In this document: piece by piece, positions 16,601 to 23,900 of the stretch
Position numbering within the stretch: the first letter of the stretch is position 1
Layout: the number at the start of each line of letters is the position of its first letter
Assembly: GCA_031409655.1 (NCBI GenBank)
Contig: JANNXQ010000193.1
Span: forward strand, 1-23,900
Source of the DNA: Chthoniobacteraceae bacterium
Lineage (GTDB): Bacteria > Verrucomicrobiota > Verrucomicrobiia > Chthoniobacterales > Chthoniobacteraceae
Reading direction: 5' to 3'
DNA length: 23,900 bases
The notes under the pieces: generated by a model
The model's input: the letters and a program-made list of their open reading frames with translations, nothing else
Databases searched by the model: none
Told to the model about the DNA's origin: nothing
Position numbers and translations under genes: made by a program

Positions 16601-17187
16601 TCCAGGATTCGATCGCCGTGTGGGTCGCGCGCGCCCTGCGCTCCGCGCGTCCACCCGTGTCCGCCACCGACCCCGACGCCGTCGCCGGTCGCACGCTCTT
16701 CGGCACCACCGGTCTGGTGACCGCAGGCGTCAGTTGCGCCTCCTGCCACGGCGGGCCGAAGTGGACACGCTCGGCGCGCCCCTACGTCGCGCCACCTTCC
16801 ACCGATCTTGGCCTCGGCCTGGGCAATGAACGCGTGATCGGCGCCGAGGTGCGCGTCACCTCTGCGCAGTCCGCCGTGCTCAACAACGTCGGCACCTTCA
16901 CCCTCGGCGGCGGACGCACCAACGAGCTCCGCTTCAACGGCGCCGACATCAGTCAGGCGATCAATCCGCTCGGCGCAAACGGATTCAATATCCCCTCGCT
17001 GCTGAGCGTGTCCGAGACCGCGCCCTACTACTACAACGGCCTCGCGCAGACTCTCGATCAGGTGCTCGACGGCTCGCAAGACGGCAACGGCGGCACGCGC
17101 CACCACTTCGTAACCAACCCCGCGCAACGCGCCCAGCTCATCTTCTTCCTCCGCTCGATCGACGAATCCACGCCAATCTTCCCGTAA
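13444..17187 (+). CDS. Large exported protein: YVTN/YncE beta-propeller, di-heme cytochrome c (CCP/MauG-like) and inserted Kelch propeller (1247 aa)
   Basis: Repeats IAVGAEP..AYVAN..VSVV. CIVCH at 15286-15300 and CASCH at 16735-16749. RQTIPL, LNWSA and FNIPSLLSVSETAPYYYNG resemble di-heme peroxidase motifs. Six Kelch GG-type blades at about 15500-16545. Confidence 0.85.
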   Translation: MKTHPYSLVSGTLTRFAAIAFSLLAAGSARAVEDGFAPIFSSTLTGDLATAGASTLQFGTTLAGVMLGALIALRRPRAVARAACVLAAIAMTGVSGLAQDPLPDPPADPDPASATEPASATEPVAADDPVPVEDPAPPPEEETSGVEPQGDPFATRQSSPIAISFNDARLVHVNPDQDTVSVFNTATPSPTKLAEIAVGAEPNSVAIHPNNTTAYVANSVSGNVSVVNLTTLAVTATIPVGAEPRALVLSVNGLRLYVGNHSSNSVSVIDTTSNAVIATVDLSAFGTAPDALATDESNIIYVAMFYGQLRPGKGAVDEGQDDQREGHVVAINGNTNTVFAAPNPVVLGPLANAGFNSNGRLAPGPGQVPAVASTNPQTFTTPTGAYPNQLMSIALRPNGGETYVVSTGASPNGPLRFNQMAQGLVSVFNRFLRTEITAAQTDPTVRRTAPLNLNQGVNLATTPAPRLFMTNPVAMAWRPNGSDAWVVIQNGNLLVRLTADAGGVPSIGAPLVAGPSTIVRVDLQEPPPGLIAGKAPRGLAINNAGTRAYVFNFVSRSVTNVDITNGLAPVIVGTAQSSALPVPGTSDFLVQQGAELFFTGRGPQERMSSENWGGCIVCHPFGGRADGVTWMFDAGPRQTIPLDGMFDPNNTADQRLLNWSAVRDENHDFELNTRGVFGGRGLVDDDRLTLVFGGALGTTPADVSVIEQFNNANGAVTTTNDLRLGGALPTLAAFAARRDFAIATLGDDRVFIIGGRSGAGQGALITGANTVLEFNPRTNILRTRSPVGFTPRHSFGAAAVKTSGGPRIYAIGGYASTLASATPSTTVQEFNPSTNTWRTVASLPSGVAEFGITAAGGVNTAEPLELIHVVSGNTGSEGAPSVANPNLVQRFQANPTGPGTWSAFNPAGLTPRRLLGAANALRGVSSRIFVIGGLDAAGTALSTVEEYLAQAVTLVATPHTSLPAPRARFGIGSTTTTNQIYVIGGTDTGGLDQTSVFEYTIANNGPVAGPTGTPSGTWVTRGNLSAPRRSLGLSIPPGVTNFLTVRNSGRNALQDSIAVWVARALRSARPPVSATDPDAVAGRTLFGTTGLVTAGVSCASCHGGPKWTRSARPYVAPPSTDLGLGLGNERVIGAEVRVTSAQSAVLNNVGTFTLGGGRTNELRFNGADISQAINPLGANGFNIPSLLSVSETAPYYYNGLAQTLDQVLDGSQDGNGGTRHHFVTNPAQRAQLIFFLRSIDESTPIFP
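13774..13813 (+). repeat. 18-bp in-frame tandem repeat (PASATE x2) in a Pro/acidic linker
   Basis: CCCGCGTCGGCGACGGAG at 13774 and 13792, followed by CCCG. Confidence 0.85.
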
Positions 17188-17219
17188 CCTTCCGCCTCCA
17201 CCAGCCGGGAAGTTCTCGC

Positions 17220-17888
17220 CTACGGCACCGTCGGCGCAGCCTCCGCCTTCTCGATCAAGTCACCGAGCGACGGATCGATGATGCGCATCTTCTCATGGAG
17301 CGCCCGGCGATATTGCGTCCACGCCTTGCCCTGCTCCTCGTCGCTGGTCGCAGCGTGGATGTCCTTTTTCAACGCCCGCACGCTCTCGTCTTCCACGGCT
17401 TGCTCGCGCACTTCGCGAAAGCGCGCCTGACGCTGTGCTTCCTCCGTCGCGCCTTCGCTAGGCGCGGGAGTCGTCGGCTTCGCCTTCGCCACGGAGCGCT
17501 TGTTCCGCGCCTTTGGCTTGGGCTTGGCCACCGTCCCGCTGGTACCGAAGCGCCCACTTTCCGCCCGCTGATCGGCGCGGAAAGAGGTGATGCGCTGGAT
17601 AAAACGCGGGAACCCAAAGTCGTCCGGAGCGATCCATTGCCCTTTCTCGATCGTCTTCCAGTCCATGTGGAAAAACTCGACGCGCGCGGTCACCAACTCG
17701 TCCTTGCGATTCTTCCCCCGGATGTCCACCCAGTAGGTCGGCCACGGACGGTTCACGGTGCCGCTTTTCGTCACTCCTTTGCGCACGACCTTGCCCTGCT
17801 TCACGACGGAGCAGGAGACCAGCGCCAGCGCCAGCAGTCCGACCACGGCGGAAAAGATTATGGAAAACGGATTCGGTCGATTCGTCAT
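17220..17888 (-). CDS. Hypothetical lipoprotein
   Basis: ATG 17888, hydrophobic stretch ending LVS-C, small beta domain, Lys/Pro linker and helical C-terminus; convergent with the heme protein gene. Confidence 0.7.
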   Translation of the reverse strand: MTNRPNPFSIIFSAVVGLLALALVSCSVVKQGKVVRKGVTKSGTVNRPWPTYWVDIRGKNRKDELVTARVEFFHMDWKTIEKGQWIAPDDFGFPRFIQRITSFRADQRAESGRFGTSGTVAKPKPKARNKRSVAKAKPTTPAPSEGATEEAQRQARFREVREQAVEDESVRALKKDIHAATSDEEQGKAWTQYRRALHEKMRIIDPSLGDLIEKAEAAPTVP

Positions 17889-17982
17889 AGTGCGCGGGGA
17901 GAAAATCCTAGCCCCTGCGCAAATGCAACGCAGCAACTGTGCCGGGAAAGCGATGCGGAAGGCCCTCGGGTCCGTCCTCTGA

Positions 17983-18098
17983 CGTTTGGAGTTTAGCGTT
18001 TGGAGTTTGGAGTTTGGCGTTCAGTCTGCCGACGACACTTTGGCTCTCCGGGCGGAAGCAACGCCAAACTTCAAACTTCAAACGCCAAACGCCAAACG
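17983..18098. repeat. Inverted heptamer tandem-repeat palindrome ((C/A)GTTTGG)n ... (CCAAAC(G/T))n
   Basis: 39-nt arms at 17983-18021 and 18060-18098, between divergent genes. Confidence 0.9.
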
Positions 18099-18180
18099 AG
18101 GAACCCGACCACCCGCGCCATCTCCTCCCTCAGTTTTCCTCGCCTCCCGGATTCCCTAGCGCGACAACTTTTCCCCGCCC

Positions 18181-19119
18181 ATGCGCTCATTCCTTGCGTT
18201 TCTCACCCTCGTCCTCGGCACCGCCATTTTGCGCGCTGAGGATTCCTTTTTCCGACCCGGCGATGTGGTCGCCTTCCTCGGCGGCGAAGACCTGGTGGTC
18301 GCCAGCGAGCACGGTTTCTTTGAGCTGCTCCTCGCCCGCGCGCTGCCCGAGCATCGGCTGAAATTTCGCAACCTCGCGTGGGAAGGTGACACCGTCTTTG
18401 AGCAGCGACGCGATCTGAATTTCCCCACCTGGGACGAGCAGCTTGCGCAGGTCGGCGCCACGGTCGTCGTCTGCCAGTTTGGCCAGATGGAAAGTTTCGG
18501 CGGCCCCGAGAAACTGCCGGCCTTTGTGGAAGCCTACGAAAAACTCCTCCGCCAGTGGAGCGATGGCGGGAAGCGGCGCCTGCTCGTGCTCGAGCCCTTT
18601 GCCCTCGGCCAGCACGATGGCCGGCCGCCCGCCGAGCAGCGCGCGTGGGAGCTCTCCGCCATCCTGCGGGATCGCCACAATTCGCTGGCCGAGTTCAGCG
18701 CCGCTGCCCGCAATGCCGCCGAGCGCGTCGGCGCCGTGTGGGTGCCCATCGGCGAAGTGCGCCTGCCTGGCGGCGCGGTCCAGCGGGATGGCTGCCACCT
18801 CACCCGCGGCGCGCACGCCGTCTTCGCCCTCGATTTCGCCCGGCAGCTCCAGCTCAACGCCACTTCCGGCGGAGGAAAAGCGCCACTGAACACCCGCCTC
18901 CTCGAACTGATCGCCGCCAAGAATCGCCTCTGGTTCGACTACTGGCGCGTGCAAAATTGGGCCTTCCTCGCGGGCGATCGCACCGTGCAGCCGAGTAGCC
19001 GCGATCACGTCGATCCCAGCAAACGCTGGTTCCCCGCCGAGCGCGAAGCCTTCCTCCCGCTCATCGAAACCAAGGAGCAGGAAATCTGGCAACTCACCGC
19101 CGAACTCGCCAAGCCATGA
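18181..19119 (+). CDS. Exported SGNH/GDSL-fold protein lacking the block-I serine
   Basis: Signal peptide; GDVVAFLGGED (block I), RNLAWEGDT (block II), FGQMES (block III) and DGCH (block V). Stop overlaps the next ATG (ATGA). Confidence 0.8.
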   Translation: MRSFLAFLTLVLGTAILRAEDSFFRPGDVVAFLGGEDLVVASEHGFFELLLARALPEHRLKFRNLAWEGDTVFEQRRDLNFPTWDEQLAQVGATVVVCQFGQMESFGGPEKLPAFVEAYEKLLRQWSDGGKRRLLVLEPFALGQHDGRPPAEQRAWELSAILRDRHNSLAEFSAAARNAAERVGAVWVPIGEVRLPGGAVQRDGCHLTRGAHAVFALDFARQLQLNATSGGGKAPLNTRLLELIAAKNRLWFDYWRVQNWAFLAGDRTVQPSSRDHVDPSKRWFPAEREAFLPLIETKEQEIWQLTAELAKP

Positions 19120-21623
19120 GCCCCTCCCTCTTCCATAAAAGCGTGCGCCCCGAAGTTCCGGGGAGCACGGGCGTCCCGCCCGTCGGTTGCGGCGTCCCGC
19201 CGCAACGCACTTTGAAAACCGCACCTCGTCGCGAAACCATTCCGGAAAACACCCAACACCGAAACGTTTTCGCAAAAATCCGTCCCCACGAGACGCGTGG
19301 ACCAACGCGCGGGACGCACCTGCTCTCCGGAATCCTAGCCGTCGCCCTTTCTCTCTCCTCCTCCGTCGCCGCCGAGCCCGACCGCAACGACCCCGCCGTC
19401 GAACTCGCCTCGTTCAAACTCCCGCCAGGATTTCAGGCGAATCTTTTCGCCTCGGAAAAGGAGGGCGTCATCAAACCCATCCAGATGCGCTGGGACGCGC
19501 GCGGGCGGCTCTGGGTCATCCAGACCACGACCTACCCGCAGCTCAAGCCGGGCGAAATCCCGAACGACCAGGTGCTCATCCTCGAAGACACCAAGGGCGC
19601 GGGCGTCGCCGACAAAGTGACGGTCTTTGCCGATGGCCTGATGATCCCCACCGGCCTCGAAGTCGCGCCCGGCTCGAACGCCTGCTACGTCGGCGAAGGC
19701 ACCAAACTTTGGCTGCTCACCGACACCGACGGGGACAGCAAGGCCGACAAAAAAGAGGTCGTGCTGCGCGGCTTCGGCACCGGCGACAATCATCAAAACA
19801 TCAACTCCTTCCGCTGGTCGCCCGGCGGCGAACTGATGTTCTGCCAGGGGCTGCACGCCTACTCGCGCATCGAGACGCCGCACGGCATCGTCCCGCTGGA
19901 TGAGGCAGGACTCTGGCGCCTCCGTCCGCGCGAGCAGCGGCTCGATGCCTTTTACGGCGGGCCGAATGGGCCGCAGAATCCGTGGGGCTGGGTCTTCACC
20001 CGCTGGGGCGAGCCCCTCGTCGTCGCCGGCAATGGCCACGGCATCTTTGCCCCCGCCGCAGAGCTGATCCGCGGTTGGCAGAAGGGGCGGCGGGAAAATA
20101 TCTGGGCAAGTCATCGCGGGCGGAAAAACAGCGGTGCGGAGATTCTCGAAAGCGCCCACTTTCCCGACGAATGGCAGGGCGTCCTCCTGGCCGGCGGCTA
20201 CATCAACAACTCCGTGTGGACGCTGCATTTGGAGCAGGACGGCGCGGGCTTTAAGATCACCGATCATCCGACGCTGCCGCCGCTGGTGCAGAGCGGGCAC
20301 GGTTCCTTCCGCCCGGTGGATGTGAAGCTCGGACCCGATGGCGCGCTCTACCTCTGCGATTGGTACAACCCCATCATCGGCCACTATCAGGCGAGCTTCC
20401 GCCATCCCGATCGCGACAAAGTCCACGGGCGCATCTGGCGCGTGACTTACCCCGGCCGGCCGCTCCTCCAACTGCCGCTCGCGCTGAAGCCGGCAACGCC
20501 CGACCCACTCGCGCTCTGCGAACTGCTCCGCTCCCCGGATCGCTTCGCGCGCGAGCAAGGCCGCCACGCCCTCTTCGGCAGCGAGACGGCAGCGGTCACC
20601 AGAGCCTTGCGCACCTGGTGTGAGCAGCTCGATCCGCACGACCCCGATCTCGATCTCGCGCTGATGCAGGCGCTCGGCGTCTTTCAAGCGCACGAGGCGG
20701 TCGAGCTTCCTCTGCTCAAACGCGTGCTCGCGGCGAAGACGCCCGAGGCCCGCGCCTCCGCCGCCGCCACGCTCGGTCGCTGGGCCGATCGACTGCCGCC
20801 AAACTTCGACCCACTCGAAGCGCTCGCCGATTGCGCGCACGACACCGACCCGCGCGTCCGCCTCGCCGCGATCGTCGCTGCGGCGAATATCCCGCGCGCC
20901 GAGTCGATGGTCGTGGTCCTGAGCGCCGCGACGCAACCGCGGGACCCCTTCATCGTCATCGCCCTCACCGCTGCGACCGCGACGCTCAAACCGCTGTGGG
21001 TGCCGGTGCTCGCGAAAGGTGCGCCAAATTGGAAACCGGAATGGCGCGAACTGGTCAAGACCCTCGATAAACCTAAGGCCCCGCCAGCGCCCGCGAAGAA
21101 GGTCGCGCAAAAAGTCAGCACGCCCATCGTTGCGATCTATGGCCGCCTGCGGGCCTCGCTTTTCGTGCAGTCCAGCATCGCTGCCGAGGTTCTGACCAAG
21201 GGCGATGCGCAGCGCGGCGCGGAAATCTACGGCCGCCCCGAGCTGGCGTGCGTGAGTTGCCATCGGATCGGCGAGGAAGGTGGCAAGGTCGGTCCCGCGC
21301 TCGATTCCGTGGGGAGCGCCCAACCGCTCGAGTTTCTCATCGGCACCGTTCTTGAGCCGCAGCGCGAAGTGAAGGAAGGCTTCGAGACTCTGCGCGTCAC
21401 GACGACGAAAGGGGTGGAGCACATCGGTATCGTCGTCGCAGGCAACGACTCCGTGCTCACCCTCCGCGATCCCGCGGGCAGCGAACACACCGTGGCCCTC
21501 GCAGACATCGCGAAGCGCGAGTTCATTGGTTCGCTTATGCCCGCCGGCCTCACCGACAATCTCTCCCCGGAAGATTTGCGCGACCTCTTCGCCTACCTCA
21601 CTCAGCTCGGCAAGCCGAAGTAG
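19116..21623 (+). CDS. PVC-type membrane-bound dehydrogenase-like / heme-binding CxxCH protein (propeller, HEAT repeats, cytochrome c)
   Basis: SFKLPPGFQANLFASE, WDARGRLWV, FRPVDVKLGPDGALYLCDWYN, GRIWRV, HEAT-like helices, CVSCH at 21249-21263, GPALD and SLMP. Confidence 0.9.
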   Translation: MSPSLFHKSVRPEVPGSTGVPPVGCGVPPQRTLKTAPRRETIPENTQHRNVFAKIRPHETRGPTRGTHLLSGILAVALSLSSSVAAEPDRNDPAVELASFKLPPGFQANLFASEKEGVIKPIQMRWDARGRLWVIQTTTYPQLKPGEIPNDQVLILEDTKGAGVADKVTVFADGLMIPTGLEVAPGSNACYVGEGTKLWLLTDTDGDSKADKKEVVLRGFGTGDNHQNINSFRWSPGGELMFCQGLHAYSRIETPHGIVPLDEAGLWRLRPREQRLDAFYGGPNGPQNPWGWVFTRWGEPLVVAGNGHGIFAPAAELIRGWQKGRRENIWASHRGRKNSGAEILESAHFPDEWQGVLLAGGYINNSVWTLHLEQDGAGFKITDHPTLPPLVQSGHGSFRPVDVKLGPDGALYLCDWYNPIIGHYQASFRHPDRDKVHGRIWRVTYPGRPLLQLPLALKPATPDPLALCELLRSPDRFAREQGRHALFGSETAAVTRALRTWCEQLDPHDPDLDLALMQALGVFQAHEAVELPLLKRVLAAKTPEARASAAATLGRWADRLPPNFDPLEALADCAHDTDPRVRLAAIVAAANIPRAESMVVVLSAATQPRDPFIVIALTAATATLKPLWVPVLAKGAPNWKPEWRELVKTLDKPKAPPAPAKKVAQKVSTPIVAIYGRLRASLFVQSSIAAEVLTKGDAQRGAEIYGRPELACVSCHRIGEEGGKVGPALDSVGSAQPLEFLIGTVLEPQREVKEGFETLRVTTTKGVEHIGIVVAGNDSVLTLRDPAGSEHTVALADIAKREFIGSLMPAGLTDNLSPEDLRDLFAYLTQLGKPK
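19156..19332. repeat. 177-nt composite REP/REPIN-like palindromic element inserted in frame in a signal peptide
   Basis: Terminal inverted repeats match at 27 of 32 nt; internal hairpins share a GCGTC(C/T)CG core; length is 59 codons. Confidence 0.8.
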
Positions 21624-21660
21624 CCCGCTCGCGCGCCGCACGAGACGGCGGCGCTTCCAA

Positions 21661-22305
21661 TTACCCCCGCGCCTTCCGCACCGCCGCCACGAACTGCCCC
21701 GCCCGCTCCGTCAGCTTCGTCCAATCCCCAGTCTTCAAAATCTCCTTCGACACCAGCGCTGACCCCGCGCCCAGCGCCACACAGCCCACTTCGATAAAGT
21801 CCCCCGCCGTCTCCGGCGTCACCCCTCCCGTCGGAATGATCTGCAGCATCGGCAGCGGTGCCAGGATGTTTCGGATGAAAGTCGGCCCCACCTGATCCGC
21901 CGGGAAAATCTTCACAAAATCCGCCCCCGACTCATGTGCCAGCAGCGCCTCCGTCGGAGTGAACGCCCCCGCCGCGATCGGCTTCCCATAACGATTGCAC
22001 AGCCGGATCACCTCGAGCTTCGTCACCGGCGTCACCACAAATTCCGCCCCTGCCAGGATCGCTGCCCGCGCCGTCTCCGGATCCAGCACACTACCCACCC
22101 CCATCAGCACCTTGTCGCCGAAGCGCGCCACCACCTCCGCGATCACCGCCAGCGCATTCGGCGTCGTCATAGTCACCTCCATCGCCGTCACACCCCCCGC
22201 CAGCAGCGCCTCCGCCGCACGGACAAGTTGAGCCGAAGAATCCGCCCGGATGATCGCAACAATCCCCGGTTCAACGATGCGCTGGAGGATCTCAGGCTTG
22301 GTCAT
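21661..22305 (-). CDS. eda: KDPG/KHG aldolase
   Basis: VAIIR, EVTMTTP, GVGSVLD, GAEFVVTP, TPTE, VKIFPA and PTGGV motifs. Start ATG 22305 (214 aa). Confidence 0.93.
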   Translation of the reverse strand: MTKPEILQRIVEPGIVAIIRADSSAQLVRAAEALLAGGVTAMEVTMTTPNALAVIAEVVARFGDKVLMGVGSVLDPETARAAILAGAEFVVTPVTKLEVIRLCNRYGKPIAAGAFTPTEALLAHESGADFVKIFPADQVGPTFIRNILAPLPMLQIIPTGGVTPETAGDFIEVGCVALGAGSALVSKEILKTGDWTKLTERAGQFVAAVRKARG

Positions 22306-22368
22306 GGCACCCCACCTTCCTTGGATCCTCCGGAAAAAGTCAATCGGCAGCTTCCTCCGTGTCCATCG

Positions 22369-22599
22369 CGCCGCTTCGTGCTCACGGGCGGACCTGGCGG
22401 CAGGAAGACGACCGCTGGCGATTTCTTTCGGCGTGAGATCGGCAAGCGCGTCGTGCTCGTTCCGGAAGTGGCGACGATTCTTTGTCAGGGCGGGTTTCCG
22501 CCTTCGAATGAACCGCACGCATGGCGGTTTGCGCCGACGGCGATCTACCCTATGCAGCGGCATCTCGAGGACGTGCAGGCTTCGCTCTACCCCTGCCGC
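22369..22599 (+). pseudogene. N-terminal fragment of an AAA_28 (NadR/Ttd14-like) P-loop kinase/ATPase
   Basis: RFVLTGGPGGRKTT (Walker A with GKT changed to RKT), VPEVATIL..GGFP and Q..LEDVQ. It stops resembling the family just before the expected DRG motif and has no credible start. Confidence 0.65.
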
Positions 22600-22680
22600 G
22601 CGCCCATCGCGACTGACAAGCCGCTCATCACCCGCACGATGCTCAGCCACATGTTCCTCATCGTCGTGGCCTCGTTGGCG
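22600..22680 (+). pseudogene. Possible short fragment of a cation P-type ATPase C-terminal region
   Basis: RAPIATDKPLITRTMLSHMFLI resembles the R-x-P...-PLIT-x-x-M loop and TM start of P-type ATPases. Short, and recognised by eye only. Confidence 0.3.
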
Positions 22681-22885
22681 CCGCGGGCAGTCTCGTGCTC
22701 GGGGTGGAGGAATTGCGCAGGATCTTCGCCCGCCGCCGCGTCCCGGTCGGCAGTTCACCGCTGGAATGGTGACGTAGCGCGCCATGGAGCGCCGACGCGT
22801 AATGCGAGTATGCCGACAAGCCACTCGCTTTTTCCACGCATCCAGATCGCAAGCAGCCTCTCGGCAAGGCTCGCTCTCCGCCGAC

Positions 22886-23086
22886 CTACGGGTTCGTCAC
22901 CTTCCGCCGTATGAAGAGTTTCCGCACGGTGCCGAAGGAGAGGCTAAAGGAGTGCGTCCTGTCGGAGCCAGTGTCGGGGATGGGGGTCCAGCTTCCGGGC
23001 AGGAGCGCCGTGCGCCACTCCGCGTCATAGAGGATACCGCTCACGTTGCTGGTTTGCGTGAAGCTGGACGCCAAGTACCCGCCCAC
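22886..23086 (-). pseudogene. Orphan C-terminal domain of a large secreted verrucomicrobial protein
   Basis: SFTQ..VSGILY.AEW...L.PGSWTPIPDTGS..THSFS......LFIR.KVT-stop pattern; an in-frame TAG lies two codons upstream and there is no signal peptide. Confidence 0.55.
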
Positions 23087-23199
23087 CTCCTACGCTCGCG
23101 GGATTTGGCAAGGTCGGCATTTGCGTAAGCGAGGTTGACGTTCCATTGCTCGTGACCAAAGCACAGTTCACGTATCCCTCACGCAGAATCTGTTTCCCT

Positions 23200-23238
23200 A
23201 AAAAAAGGAGCCCCGCCCCTCACGAGGAAGGGCGGGGC
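23200..23238 (-). terminator. rRNA operon intrinsic terminator
   Basis: GCCCCGCCC/GGGCGGGGC stem (23210-23238), followed on the minus strand by TCCTTTTTTT, directly after 5S. Confidence 0.85.
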
Positions 23239-23243
23239 AAAAC

Positions 23244-23359
23244 TCTGGCGACGTCCTACTTTCGCACAACCTATAGATGCACTATCATCGGGGCTGCAGC
23301 GTTTCACTTCCGTGTTCGGAATGGGAACGGGTGGGTCCACTGCGCTGGGATCACCAGAA
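23244..23359 (-). rRNA. rrf: 5S rRNA
   Basis: Minus strand TTCTGGTGATCCCAGCGCAGTGGACCCACCCGTTCCCATTCCGAACACGGAAGTGAAA..GATGATAGT..GCGAAAGTAGGACGTCGCCAGA; ends approximate. Confidence 0.97.
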
Positions 23360-23584
23360 GTCTGACGAATTTGAAACTGAAGATCCCAGAAGAGGGCTCT
23401 CGCTGGGGGGGCCGGGAACAAGGCTCAAATTCACCAGACTTCTAGCGACCGACAGACCTGCGTCTGCCGATTGCAATCTGAATCCGCATCAAAGAACCAA
23501 CTGATTCTCTGACATCTACATACAGGAAGCTTACAAAATTGACACTGAGTTTTATAAAGTCATTCGCTTTCGTTAGAAAGAAAA

Positions 23585-23900
<316 letters not shown>

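Noticed and set aside
17983..18098. CRISPR array (also considered at 10550-10631 and 350-389)
   Set aside because: Repeats are 6-10 nt tandem or inverted units without a series of unique spacers, and there are no cas genes.
22306..22824. 173-aa N-terminal extension of eda (also extended starts for UDG, aroA and the sulfatase)
   Set aside because: Family homology begins at the downstream ATGs; the extensions overlap other genes or promoter regions.
23146..23504. ORFs overlapping 5S rRNA
   Set aside because: Spurious translations of rRNA and spacer sequence.

Overview
High-GC bacterial chromosome segment, most likely Verrucomicrobiota (Chthoniobacter-like). This taxonomy is inferred from the PVC-type heme protein, the PEP-CTERM gene and the repeat types. 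From left to right: (1) the right end of an integrative element, with a tyrosine integrase (544-1695, -) abutting a 3' tRNA-Ser fragment (att site); (2) a minus-strand housekeeping run: purF, purM, a lipoprotein, tyrA, aroA, cmk, plsC-like, RluA-family and family-4 UDG; (3) a sulfatase; (4) a plus-strand PEP-CTERM gene followed by a 1247-aa protein with a YVTN propeller, two hemes and a Kelch propeller, whose N-terminus is an internally deleted copy of the PEP-CTERM gene that has lost its stop codon; (5) a lipoprotein; (6) an SGNH-like gene coupled to a PVC-type heme-binding CxxCH gene that carries a 177-nt in-frame REP-like palindromic insertion in its signal peptide; (7) eda; (8) a patch of gene fragments; (9) the 3' end of an rRNA operon (5S and partial 23S, -). 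All product calls come from motif recognition by eye; no database search was run.
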